From the NCBI GenBank assembly GCA_050732875.1, contig JBOHRQ010000003.1:2821-66820 (forward strand): a stretch of 64,000 nucleotides of DNA, in the 5' to 3' direction. Shown here in pieces: positions 1 to 8,879 of the stretch. Below the pieces are notes generated by a model. It searched no databases. It was not told the DNA's origin and saw only the letters and a list, made by a program, of their open reading frames with translations. The stretch comes from Gemmatimonadota bacterium (lineage in GTDB: Bacteria; Gemmatimonadota; Gemmatimonadetes; JACCXV01; JAHWKZ01). The position numbers and the translations under genes are program-made. Each line of letters begins with the position of its first letter. The stretch's first letter is position 1.

Positions 1-73
1 GACCCTCGCGGATGGCGTCCTTCGTCTGCCTTACGCCGATCACGATCCGTCCGGCGCGCCGCGCCTGATGCAC
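1..73 (-). CDS. Partial CDS running off the left edge. The 24-codon fragment resembles a YlxQ/L7Ae-family protein of the kind found in nusA-infB operons.
   Basis: Minus-strand frame beginning at a GTG (top strand 71-73) translates to VHQARRAGRIVIGVRQTKDAIREG, which resembles the L7Ae/YlxQ motif (RAGKLV.G..Q..KA...G). It lies 40 bp downstream of the nusA stop, as ylxQ does in some rimP-nusA-infB operons. Confidence 0.25.
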   Translation of the reverse strand, partial: MHQARRAGRIVIGVRQTKDAIREG

Positions 74-113
74 GAGACCCGCGGCGCGGGAGCGGAACTC
101 GATGTCATTCCGC

Positions 114-1955
114 TCACCGGGACTCCTCCGACTCATGCGACTCCTCCTCTTCGGACGAGCGCTTCTCCGACTCGACTACCGCGGGCTCGTCGATCGACGC
201 CTCGATCTCCGGCTCCGCCTCCACGTCCTCGTCGGCCGACTCGGTCTCCGAGGCGTTCGAGATCGACCCGGAGGCCTCTTCCGCGGCCGGCGCCGGGGTC
301 TCGCCCGAATCCTGCGAGGCCACGAAGCTCCCCTCCTCTTCGTCCCACTCCTCGTCGACCTCCACCGTCAGCTCATCGATCAGCTGGACCAGCCGGGTGG
401 CCGTCTCGGGCGTGATTCCGGGGATCGCCGAAAGCTCCTCGAAATCCAGATTGATGATGTCGTCGAAGGACCTGTATCCCCTCGTCGCCAGGGCCGCGGC
501 GGTCTGGGCGTCGATGCCCGGGATGTCGGCCAGCGCGAACTCCTCCGCCGTCTCGGGCGAAGCCACGACGGTCTCCTGACGACGCCCGAAGAGCACCGCC
601 TCCTCCTGCGCCAGGTAGTCGGCCTTGCTCACCAGATCGATGCGATAGCCGGTGAGCTTGGAAGCCAGCCGGACGTTCTGGCCGGATCGGCCGATCGCCA
701 GCGAGAGCTGATCTTCCGCGCAGACCACCGTCGCCCTCTTCTCGGGAGGTTCGGGGGGTGCGGGCGGCTCGACGGCTTCGGGCCCCTCGGCGATCTCCGT
801 CTCCTCCGGTGCGACGGCCTCTTCTTCGGCCGCCTGGCTGGCCCGCCGGGCCGCCTCCTCACGCGAGACCTTGGCCGCCTTCAGCGCCGCCGCCGTCTCC
901 TCCGGGCTCGCCGGCTGGAACGGGGCGGGCGCCGCGGTCGGACCCCGGAAACGCTGGCGCGCCTTCACCGACGCGGCCGCGAACGACTCCGAGAACAGCC
1001 CGCTCTCGTCGGCCCCTCCCGGCTCCTGCAGCTTGATCTTGTAGACCTGGGCCGGCGACAGCGCCTGAGCGATGAACTCCCGCGGCTCGTCCGTCCATGG
1101 CACGATGTCGATCCGCTCACCGCCGAGCTCCGAGACCACGGCCTGAACCCGGCTTCCCTTCAGGCCCACGCAGGCGCCGACCGGATCCACGTGGGGATCA
1201 CGCGACCAGACCGCGATCTTCGAGCGGCTGCCCGGCTCCCGGGCGATGGCCCGGATCTCTACGATTCCCTGGTACACCTCCGGCACCTCGAGAGCGAACA
1301 AAGCCTTCACGAAATCGGGGTGCGTACGGCTCAGCACGAGCTGCGGTCCCTTGTTCGTCTCGCGAATGTCGAGCAGAAGCGTACGGATCGACTCTCCCTG
1401 ACGCAGATATTCGCGTCGCACCTGTTCCCGCGCCGGGAGCAGGGCCTCGGTCCGACGGTCGAGGAACACGAGCGCGTTTCCGCGATCGACCTGCTGGACG
1501 GTTCCCGATACCAGCTGTCCCACCTTGTCGGCGTACTCGGCCCGGATCCGGTTGCGCTCCTCTTCGCGGACCTTCTGGATGATCATCTGCTTGGCGGCCT
1601 GGATGGCGTTGCGGCCGAAGTCGGATACCTCGAGCGGGATCTCGGCCACCTGTCCCGGCTGCGGCTCGCCGTCGCCCCACGGCTCGTTCACGAACGGGAG
1701 CTCCTTGGCCTCGTCGACGGTCATCTGCCGAGAGGCGTCCTCGAGGCTCGCCGCGTCGCTGACCACCTCCTTCAACAGGTAGATCCCGATCTTGCCGGTC
1801 GCCGGATCTATGACGATGTCGGCGTTGGCCTCCGCCCCATACTTGCGACGAACGGCGGCCAGCATGCCCGCCTTGACGAGATCCACGACCTCGGTCCGGT
1901 CGAGCGCCTTCTCTCGGGTGAGCTGGCTGAAGGCATCGAGTATCTCGGTTGCCAT
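114..1955 (-). CDS. nusA: Transcription termination/antitermination factor NusA. It carries a long acidic, low-complexity C-terminal tail.
   Basis: The ORF translation starting MATEILDAF has the NusA N-terminal domain followed by S1 and KH regions. ATG at 1953-1955 is preceded by a GAAGGAGAG Shine-Dalgarno sequence. The C-terminus is a ~100-aa E/D/S-rich tail. Confidence 0.9.
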   Translation of the reverse strand: MATEILDAFSQLTREKALDRTEVVDLVKAGMLAAVRRKYGAEANADIVIDPATGKIGIYLLKEVVSDAASLEDASRQMTVDEAKELPFVNEPWGDGEPQPGQVAEIPLEVSDFGRNAIQAAKQMIIQKVREEERNRIRAEYADKVGQLVSGTVQQVDRGNALVFLDRRTEALLPAREQVRREYLRQGESIRTLLLDIRETNKGPQLVLSRTHPDFVKALFALEVPEVYQGIVEIRAIAREPGSRSKIAVWSRDPHVDPVGACVGLKGSRVQAVVSELGGERIDIVPWTDEPREFIAQALSPAQVYKIKLQEPGGADESGLFSESFAAASVKARQRFRGPTAAPAPFQPASPEETAAALKAAKVSREEAARRASQAAEEEAVAPEETEIAEGPEAVEPPAPPEPPEKRATVVCAEDQLSLAIGRSGQNVRLASKLTGYRIDLVSKADYLAQEEAVLFGRRQETVVASPETAEEFALADIPGIDAQTAAALATRGYRSFDDIINLDFEELSAIPGITPETATRLVQLIDELTVEVDEEWDEEEGSFVASQDSGETPAPAAEEASGSISNASETESADEDVEAEPEIEASIDEPAVVESEKRSSEEEESHESEESR

Positions 1956-2067
1956 ATTTCTCTCCTTCGAGCGCTGAAGACGATCCGTTCCGTCGTTGCC
2001 CTGCCTCGAGCCTGGGGTCTCGAGCACCTCTATCGTTTCTCCGACGACCTCCCGGCGGACTCCGACG

Positions 2068-2538
2068 CTACCAGGACCAGTGGAGTCGGGCGCGGTCGAT
2101 CTCGTCTTCCGCGAACATCCAGCGGGCGCCCTCGGGCTCGACCACCGCGATCACGAACGACCCGTCGGCGGCGTCCGTCACCGCTTCCAGCGTCCCGACG
2201 ATCCGTCGACGCCCGCCGCGCGGAGCGGACAGCCGCACCTCGATGTCGCGGCCGAGATATCGCTCGTAGTGGCTGCGCTCCCGGAGCGGGCGATCGATGC
2301 CCGGACTGGAAACCTCGAGGACGTAGATCTCGGGGACCGCTCCGGCGGTCTCCAGCTCGGTCTCGAGGAGCCGGGAGAGCCGCGCACAGTCGTCCACGCC
2401 GACGCCCTCCGGGCGATCCACGAATACCCTCACCACGGGCCGCCGCCGCGAGCCGGCTATCTGCAGGTCGACGAGCTCGGCACCCTCCCGGGCGACAAGG
2501 GGCTGGATGAGACTCGACAGCCGCTTGGCGTCAGGCAT
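2068..2538 (-). CDS. rimP: Ribosome maturation factor RimP
   Basis: The RimP-like sequence (MPDAKRLSSLIQPLVAREGAELVDLQ...) lies immediately upstream of nusA, which is the canonical rimP-nusA arrangement. Confidence 0.85.
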   Translation of the reverse strand: MPDAKRLSSLIQPLVAREGAELVDLQIAGSRRRPVVRVFVDRPEGVGVDDCARLSRLLETELETAGAVPEIYVLEVSSPGIDRPLRERSHYERYLGRDIEVRLSAPRGGRRRIVGTLEAVTDAADGSFVIAVVEPEGARWMFAEDEIDRARLHWSW

Positions 2539-2572
2539 CGACCTGTCCCGTGGATGCCGGTCGAGGGCGAAA

Positions 2573-2598
2573 GAAAAAAAGTGGGGAGGCCGCCCCAC
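2573..2598 (-). terminator. Rho-independent terminator on the minus strand, between pgeF and the rimP-nusA operon.
   Basis: The minus strand reads GTGGGGCGGCCTCCCCAC followed by a run of 7-8 T: a GC-rich hairpin plus U-tract. This is top strand 2573-2580 (A-run) and 2581-2598 (stem). Confidence 0.7.
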
Positions 2599-2754
2599 TT
2601 CCGCGATGGAATATAGGCCAAAACGCCGCCCCGACAACCTGTTGCGACGGGCGGTGGGGGTCGGTTCGAAACAGACCCGCTGGCCGGCGGGCCGGCTCAA
2701 ACGGGCGGAAGCGGGTGGATCTCAACGCGCCCGGCGGCGCGACCCTGGAAATGG

Positions 2755-3543
2755 TTACGCCTTCTCCGACAGCGGGATTCCGGCAAAGGCGAGCATCCGG
2801 TCCCGGGATCGCTCGCGGCGGTGGCTGAAGAAGAGCTCGGCCGAACACGAAGTGCAGTACGAGGATACGCTGATCGAGGAGCGCGGCACGCCCCGCGCCT
2901 CGGCCTGGCGGGACAGCGCCGCCCGGAGATCCACCCGCGGACCTTCCGGCGTGCGGTGGACCCAGCCGTCAACCGCCGGGCCGGCGCCGCTCGACCGGAT
3001 GGCTTCGACGACCTCTTCGCCCACCGGATAGCAACACGGCGCCACCGCCGGTCCCCACCACGCGAGGACGGTCTCGGACCGGATCCCGAGCCGCTCCATC
3101 AGGGCCAGGGCCGCCGGCATGATCCCGGCCGCGATCCCCCGCCACCCCGCATGGAGGAGGGCGACTGCCTCTTCCCCGGGGGCGTAGAGGAGAGCCGGCA
3201 CGCAGTCGGCCACGCCGACGGTCAGGAGCGTCCCCGGCCGGCGCGTCAGAAAGCCGTCGTAGCCGGTCAGGCGCAGCAGGTAGGGACCCTCGCGGGGGGT
3301 CGATTCCGGAACCCGGACGCCGTCGGTCTCGTAGATGCGCGAGCCGTGCGTCTGGGTGCCGCCCACCAGGCCGTCGAAGCGCCGGGCCGCCCAGGAGCGC
3401 AGTCCCTCCAGCGCCGGGTCGCGGCGGCCGTCGGAAACAGCGGCGGCGGCCCGCAGGGTGATCCCCGCCCGCAGGGCTCGGCCGGGCCAGGCCAGATCGA
3501 GACGGGGAAGGCCCTCCCCGAGAGACTCCACGGCGCGGTTCAC
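2755..3543 (-). CDS. pgeF: Purine nucleoside phosphorylase / laccase-domain protein of the YfiH/PgeF (DUF152) family.
   Basis: The sequence matches the YfiH/PgeF family over its full length, including the conserved His/Cys region (HAGWRG...CCY...CTSC). Its GTG start overlaps the stop of the upstream MscS gene as GTGA. Confidence 0.8.
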   Translation of the reverse strand: MNRAVESLGEGLPRLDLAWPGRALRAGITLRAAAAVSDGRRDPALEGLRSWAARRFDGLVGGTQTHGSRIYETDGVRVPESTPREGPYLLRLTGYDGFLTRRPGTLLTVGVADCVPALLYAPGEEAVALLHAGWRGIAAGIMPAALALMERLGIRSETVLAWWGPAVAPCCYPVGEEVVEAIRSSGAGPAVDGWVHRTPEGPRVDLRAALSRQAEARGVPRSSISVSSYCTSCSAELFFSHRRERSRDRMLAFAGIPLSEKA

Positions 3544-4562
3544 GGGGCCGCGTTTCCGGGACCCGCTTCCTGTGCGGCGTCGCCGCCGGAAGCGGGGGGG
3601 CTGGCGTCCTCAGCCGGCAGACGCTCGACGAACAGCGACACATGAGGGTAGGGGATCTCGATTCCCGCCTCGTCGAGCGCCTTCTTGATCCGCTCGGTGT
3701 ACTCGTACTCGATGGGGACCTCCTCGTGCGGGTTCTTCAGCCAGAAGCGGAGCCGGAAGTTGACCGCGGACTCGGCCATCTCCGTCACCACGACATCGGG
3801 CGCGGGCCGCGTCCGGAGGCGTTCGTCGCCCGCCGTCAGGCCGAGGATCGCCGCACGCGCGGCATCGATGTCCGCCTCGTAGGCGATCCCGAACGGGACG
3901 TCGATGCGCGTCGCGGCCTGCATGGTATGATTGATGATCTTGTTGTTGACGACGCTCTGGTTGGGGATGATGATCACGATGTTCTGGTTCGTGTGGATAC
4001 GCGTCGAGCGCAGCGTGATGCGTTTCACCTGCCCGAACTCGCCGTCGATCTCGACCCGGTCGCCGACGCGAAACGGACGATCCCAGAGAATGGTCATTCC
4101 GGCGATGAAGTTCGCCAGCGTATCCTTCGCCGCGAAGCCCAGCGCGAGCCCGGCCACGCCCAGACCCGCGAGCAGACCCGTGATGTTGAGCCCGAGCTGG
4201 CCCAGGGCGAGGAGGATCCCGAAACCGAGAACAACGTAGCGCAGGACCACGATCAGGAGCTGGCTGGCATCCTCGCCCAGGCGCCCGCGATCGAGGACCG
4301 GCTTCAGGGCCCGCGCCATCAGCCAGTAGATCCCGACGAAGACGAGGACCACCAGGAGCGCCACGACCAGCTTGCCGGCGAACTTCAGCAGCTCCACCTG
4401 GAACTCGCCGGCCAGCGCCCAGACATCCGCCATCGAGCGGATCTCCGTCACCCGATCGACCGTTCGTTCGAGGTCTTCCAGGATGCGCGTCGTGTCGGCC
4501 GGCAGCGAATCGGCCGGTGGCGATTGCATCCCGGGGAGCGGCGGTGAGACGTCCTGGGCCAT
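3540..4562 (-). CDS. Mechanosensitive ion channel of the MscS family.
   Basis: N-terminal TM helices are followed by the MscS beta-domain motif (GDRVEIDGEFGQVKRITLRSTRIHTNQNIVIIPN). Confidence 0.8.
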   Translation of the reverse strand: MAQDVSPPLPGMQSPPADSLPADTTRILEDLERTVDRVTEIRSMADVWALAGEFQVELLKFAGKLVVALLVVLVFVGIYWLMARALKPVLDRGRLGEDASQLLIVVLRYVVLGFGILLALGQLGLNITGLLAGLGVAGLALGFAAKDTLANFIAGMTILWDRPFRVGDRVEIDGEFGQVKRITLRSTRIHTNQNIVIIIPNQSVVNNKIINHTMQAATRIDVPFGIAYEADIDAARAAILGLTAGDERLRTRPAPDVVVTEMAESAVNFRLRFWLKNPHEEVPIEYEYTERIKKALDEAGIEIPYPHVSLFVERLPAEDASPPASGGDAAQEAGPGNAAP

Positions 4563-5302
4563 CAGTCCGCGATCCGGAAGCGGACGATGTGCCAGATGGC
4601 GGCCACCCCGTCGCGCCAGGTGATCTTCTTCCCCGCCCCGTAGTCCCGGCCGTGATAGGTGATCGGCGTCTCATAGATGCGGTATCCACGGCGCGCCACC
4701 TTGGCCGTCAGCTCCGGCTCGATCCCGAAGCGGCTCGACCGGAGGGTCGGCCCGATGGCCTCGATCACCTCGCGCCGGAAGACTTTGTAGCAGGTCTCCA
4801 TGTCGGTGAGGTTGAGGTTGGTGAAGAGGTTGGAGAGCAGTGTCACGAGGCGGTTGCCAACGTAATGCCAGAACAGGTGGACACGCTGCGGACCGCCCAG
4901 AAAGCGCGACCCGAACACGACGTCCGCCTCTCCTTGTAGGATGGGCTCCAGGAGGCTCGGATAGTCCCGCGGGTCGTACTCCAGGTCGGCGTCCTGGATC
5001 AGGACGATGTCGCCCCGCACTTCGGCGAACCCGCGCTTGAGGGCGGCTCCCTTGCCGCGGTTCCCGGGCTGGTAGAGCACGCGCACGGGGACCGGCCGGC
5101 CGTCGGGTCCCGGGAACGTCGCCTCGCCCCGCTGGACCCGCTCCAGGAATGCGCGCGTCCCGTCCGTCGAGCCGTCGTCGACGACGACGATCTCCTTCGA
5201 GAACGGGACCGCCGCGATGCGCTCGAGGATCCTGGCGATCGTCGACCCCTCGTTGTAGGCCGGCACCACCACCGACAGGATGGGACGTCCCGGCTCATCC
5301 AC
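4562..5302 (-). CDS. Family 2 glycosyltransferase, similar to dolichyl-phosphate / polyprenyl-phosphate sugar transferases.
   Basis: It has the GT-A motifs ILSVVVPAYNEG, VVVDDGSTDGT and DADLEY (the DxD motif). Confidence 0.8.
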   Translation of the reverse strand: MDEPGRPILSVVVPAYNEGSTIARILERIAAVPFSKEIVVVDDGSTDGTRAFLERVQRGEATFPGPDGRPVPVRVLYQPGNRGKGAALKRGFAEVRGDIVLIQDADLEYDPRDYPSLLEPILQGEADVVFGSRFLGGPQRVHLFWHYVGNRLVTLLSNLFTNLNLTDMETCYKVFRREVIEAIGPTLRSSRFGIEPELTAKVARRGYRIYETPITYHGRDYGAGKKITWRDGVAAIWHIVRFRIAD

Positions 5303-5303
5303 G

Positions 5304-6578
5304 TCAGAGGTCGCCCATGCCCGGGTGGACCGGTGCCCCCTTGTCGACCGGAGCGCCAGCGTCCACCCCGCCTCGTGGCCCGCGCTCGAAGAGGATCTTC
5401 AGGAAGGGCGGCGTGATGAGAGTCGTCGCCATCACCATGATCAGCAGGGCCGAGAAGACGTCCCGGGTCAGCACCCCTCCGAGGAGCCCGATCTGGGCAA
5501 AGATGAGCCCGACCTCTCCCCGCGGGATCATCCCCACTCCGATGGCCAGCCGGTGGAGGTCCTTGCGCCACGGGATGGCGAACCCGGCGGCCACTTTCCC
5601 CAGCACGGCGATCACGAACAGCCCGGCCGCGACGATCAGGATCTCCTGGTTCTCGGGAACGCGGGGATCGAGGATCGTCACGTCCACGGCCGCCCCGATC
5701 GAGACGAAGAAGATCGGGGTGAACACATGGGCCACCGGCTTGATCTGCTCCACGATCGTGTCGAACTGGTTGGTCCGCGAGAGGATCAGGCCCGCCGCGA
5801 AGGAACCCACGATGGGCGCCAACCCGACTCCATCGGCCAGGAACGCGAGCATCAGGGCGAATACCAGCGCGAAGGTCACCAGCACGCCCCGCACCCGCAT
5901 GCGGTTGACCAGCTCGAAGATCCAGGGCGCGGTATAGAGACCGATGGCCATCGCCACGGCGAGGAACCCGACCGCGAGGCCGAAGAGCCGGGCCACGCCG
6001 AGCACGGAAACGGACCCGGTCGCGGCCAGCCCCTCCACGACCGCCAGGATGAGCAGCCCCAGGATATCGTCGATGACCGCGGCGCCGATGATGATCCGTG
6101 CTTCCGAGGTGTTGATCTTTCCGAGATCGGTCAGCACGCGCGCCGTGATCCCGACCGAGGTCGCCGTGAGGGTCGCCCCCACGAAGATCGCCGTCAGGCT
6201 CGCTCCGCCTTCGTAGTAGTGCCAGAACAGGTAGCCGAAGAGAAACGGCAGCACGACGCCGACGACCGCGACGGTGAGGGCCGCCGAGCCCACCTGGAAC
6301 ATCTCGCGCAGGTCCGTCTCCAACCCGATCTCGAAGAGAAGGATCACCACCCCGATCTCGGCCAGCACGTGGACCATCGCCCCGTAGGGGTCGGCGGGGT
6401 CCACCGGAACCAGGCCCAGCACACTCGCCCCGACGAGCACCCCGGCGACCAGCTCGCCGAGCACCGCGGGCTGCCCGATCCGCTCGAAGAGCTCGCCGGT
6501 CAGCTTGGCGGCCAGGAGGATGACGATGATGATGAAGAAGAAGTGTCCGACTTCGACGAGGTGGGCGGCTTCTTCCAA
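5304..6578 (-). CDS. Cation:proton antiporter, Na+/H+ exchanger of the CPA family.
   Basis: It is a polytopic membrane protein with sodium/hydrogen exchanger family motifs (GELVAGVLVG..., ATSVGITARVL, IDDILGLLILAV). Confidence 0.8.
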   Translation of the reverse strand: MEEAAHLVEVGHFFFIIIVILLAAKLTGELFERIGQPAVLGELVAGVLVGASVLGLVPVDPADPYGAMVHVLAEIGVVILLFEIGLETDLREMFQVGSAALTVAVVGVVLPFLFGYLFWHYYEGGASLTAIFVGATLTATSVGITARVLTDLGKINTSEARIIIGAAVIDDILGLLILAVVEGLAATGSVSVLGVARLFGLAVGFLAVAMAIGLYTAPWIFELVNRMRVRGVLVTFALVFALMLAFLADGVGLAPIVGSFAAGLILSRTNQFDTIVEQIKPVAHVFTPIFFVSIGAAVDVTILDPRVPENQEILIVAAGLFVIAVLGKVAAGFAIPWRKDLHRLAIGVGMIPRGEVGLIFAQIGLLGGVLTRDVFSALLIMVMATTLITPPFLKILFERGPRGGVDAGAPVDKGAPVHPGMGDL

Positions 6579-6621
6579 TCAGCCTCCGATAGCGGGCCGC
6601 AGCGGACGTGCCCGGCGGGAC

Positions 6622-7134
6622 TCAGTCAAGAAAGAGGTAGGGTCGCCAGCGTTTGTCCGGGATCGGAGTGTAGAACGTGATCTGCATGTACCGGAGCGGG
6701 GCGCGCGGGGGCCGGGTCAGCCCCATTTCGGCCTGGTCCGGTGTGCGCTTGCCCTTGCGGTTGTTGCAGCGAATGCAGGCGCAGACGAGGTTGCTCCACG
6801 AATCCCGTCCTCCCAGCGCGCGCGGAACCACGTGGTCGGTGGTCATGGGTCCCCGCCGCGACCCGCAGTACTGACAGCGATAGCCATCCCGCTTCAGCAC
6901 GTTCCGGCGCGTGAGCGCGATTCGCTTGCGGGGGGTCTGGATGTACACCTGCAGACGGACCACCGACGGCAGCGGTACGACCCGCGACACCGAGCGCACG
7001 ACCGCATCATAGCGCTCGATGATCTCGGCCTTCCCCAGCACCACCATCACGATGGCTCGCTGGGCGTGACAGACCGCCAGCGGCTCGTAGTTCTGGTTGA
7101 GGACCAGGACCTTCTTCTGGAGGAGCGGACTCAT
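6622..7134 (-). CDS. Stand-alone HNH endonuclease
   Basis: The HNH motif is present (CQYCG...TDHVVPRALGG...NLVCACIRCNNRKG), and the likely start is MSPLLQKKVLVL. Confidence 0.7.
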   Translation of the reverse strand: MSPLLQKKVLVLNQNYEPLAVCHAQRAIVMVVLGKAEIIERYDAVVRSVSRVVPLPSVVRLQVYIQTPRKRIALTRRNVLKRDGYRCQYCGSRRGPMTTDHVVPRALGGRDSWSNLVCACIRCNNRKGKRTPDQAEMGLTRPPRAPLRYMQITFYTPIPDKRWRPYLFLD

Positions 7135-7242
7135 CGCGGGCGCGAATGTAGGAGAGGCCTGCGGCACCGGCCACGAATGCGCGCCCCCAAGCGACGACGG
7201 CGGCCTCCGGCCGCCGGGACGGGGCGTGACGCGCTGACCACG

Positions 7243-7797
7243 CTAGAACTCCTCCAGGACGTGACGGAGGATCTCGTCCGAGATCTTGTCGATGGCGCGA
7301 TCGATCCCCACCAGCCGGTCCTCGTTCGCCTCTTCGTTGAACTCTCCCCATTCGGTGAGGTTCGGATTCTCCCACATCGTGCGCTCCTCCACGCGATCCT
7401 CGAGCGTCAGGTCGACCGTCAGCAGGACCCGCCTCGAGAACACGTCCGGGTTCGCCTCCTGCCGGGGATCGTACGACAGCGCCTCCTCCTGGTAGTCGGT
7501 GATCCTCCCGCGCACCACCAGATCGGCATCCTCCTCGTCGCTCACGAGGCGCAGCCTGGACTCGCTGAGGAACTCGTTGATCACGCTCTCGGTGACCTGC
7601 TGCGTGAGCTGGAACTCGCGGGTCTCGTTCTCGAAGGTGGGTACGTATACGGTGTTGAGATGGGCCGGGACGGGAGAGCGGAACGAATAGCCGCATGCCG
7701 CCGCAATGAGCGCCAACGCGGGTGCCAGTCGTAGCAGGGGCGGGCGAGCCGCAACCGGCTCAGACCCCCGTAACCTCCTCGTGCTCTCGAGTGACAT
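7243..7797 (-). CDS. Acidic periplasmic lipoprotein, possibly LptE-like; product uncertain.
   Basis: A signal peptide with a lipobox-like LIAAAC motif is followed by an acidic, E/D-rich mature region. Similarity to LptE is loose. Confidence 0.4.
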   Translation of the reverse strand: MSLESTRRLRGSEPVAARPPLLRLAPALALIAAACGYSFRSPVPAHLNTVYVPTFENETREFQLTQQVTESVINEFLSESRLRLVSDEEDADLVVRGRITDYQEEALSYDPRQEANPDVFSRRVLLTVDLTLEDRVEERTMWENPNLTEWGEFNEEANEDRLVGIDRAIDKISDEILRHVLEEF

Positions 7798-8560
7798 CGA
7801 TGACCAGCCGTCGCTCCTTCACGAAATCGCGTAACACGATGTGCCGCGGGCTCTCGCGGCCCGCGATCGGTTGAAAATCGTCGAACTGGACGCGATATAC
7901 CAGCCTCCCGTCCCGGGCCTGCCGATATTCCACCAGATGCTCCCCGGGCGCCTGCAGCGTAAGGGCGTGGAGCGTGTCGTCCCGCCGGACGTAGAGCGTC
8001 CGCCGGTCTCGGTCGGCGGCCGCCGCCGTGGCGTCCGCTCCCCGGACGAGCGCGCGCACGTCGTAGGCTCCGACCAGCGCGCCCAGGATCTCCGGGCTCA
8101 CCAGCGCCCGCTCTCCGGTCAGCTCGGCGAAACGCGGGTCCCCGACCTCGCCGGTCAGGACCTCGCCCTCGCGCGGCAGCCGGACGGTGAGCCGGTCCCC
8201 CTCCAGGCGCACCGAGAGCACGTGCGTGTCGTGAGGGCCGAACACCTCGGCGTCCAGCCGGCGCGGCTCGCCACGGTACTCGACCGCACCGGCTCCCGAG
8301 AAACGCCGCCCGCCCTCCAGAAGGGTGACGTCGAAGATGCGCTTGGTCGCCCCGATGGCCTCGTGCTGAGCCGCCAGAGTCTCGATCAGGGGGGCCGGAT
8401 CGATGCCCCCCTGCGCCGCTTCCCGCGCCTCCTGCTCGAGGGTCGTCACGCATCCCGAGGCGAGGGTCACGAAGGCCATCCCGAGGGCTACCCACCAAGT
8501 CGCGCTCCCTGGCACCCGTGGCCGTCGAACCCGATCTTCCGCCGTCGTGCACACGACCAT
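7760..8560 (-). CDS. Hypothetical lipoprotein
   Basis: There is a lipoprotein signal peptide (RRPRVPGSATWWVALGMAFVTLASGC). The start could instead be at 8479. The upstream part of the ORF-track ORF looks non-coding. Confidence 0.4.
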   Translation of the reverse strand: MVVCTTAEDRVRRPRVPGSATWWVALGMAFVTLASGCVTTLEQEAREAAQGGIDPAPLIETLAAQHEAIGATKRIFDVTLLEGGRRFSGAGAVEYRGEPRRLDAEVFGPHDTHVLSVRLEGDRLTVRLPREGEVLTGEVGDPRFAELTGERALVSPEILGALVGAYDVRALVRGADATAAAADRDRRTLYVRRDDTLHALTLQAPGEHLVEYRQARDGRLVYRVQFDDFQPIAGRESPRHIVLRDFVKERRLVIDVTREHEEVTGV

Positions 8561-8864
8561 CTCCCTCCTGGCGCTCGTCGGCGTCCTCGCCACCTGCGGG
8601 CGGGGCGCCCCGCAGGAACCCTCTCCGACCACGATCGATCCGGCCACCTTCGCGGCCGTGCTGGGCGAGCTCGCCGTGGCCCGGATCGAGGCCCTGCCCG
8701 ACACCACTCTGTACCGGCAGCGGCGATCGGAGATCCTGGAACGGGCCGGTGTGACCGAACAGGACCTGCGCGAGTTCGCGGCCGCCCGCGGGGGGGATCC
8801 CGATGTCATGAGCGAGGTCTACGAGCGGGTAGGGGCGAGCATCGACTCCCATGCCCAGCGTTGA
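8547..8864 (+). CDS. Small hypothetical lipoprotein
   Basis: A GTG start gives MHTTISLLALVGVLATCG, a lipobox signal peptide. The protein is about 105 aa and is one of very few plus-strand genes. Confidence 0.35.
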   Translation: MHTTISLLALVGVLATCGRGAPQEPSPTTIDPATFAAVLGELAVARIEALPDTTLYRQRRSEILERAGVTEQDLREFAAARGGDPDVMSEVYERVGASIDSHAQR

Positions 8865-8879
8865 GGAGGCCGCCCCTCC

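Noticed and set aside
102-2510. An 802-aa plus-strand ORF (and many other long plus-strand ORFs, e.g. 5280-6680, 6505-7734, 16304-17875, 19182-21404, 25146-27695, 43894-46596).
   Set aside because: These are antisense to well-supported minus-strand genes (nusA, antiporter, uvrB, relA, secA, ftsK). Their translations are Arg/Pro/Gly-rich low-complexity sequence typical of stop-poor high-GC DNA. None shows conserved motifs.
2600-2750. A tRNA-like GGTTCGAA T-loop motif in the rimP-pgeF intergenic region.
   Set aside because: I could not build a cloverleaf. There is no acceptor/T-stem pairing, and the loop is too long on either strand.
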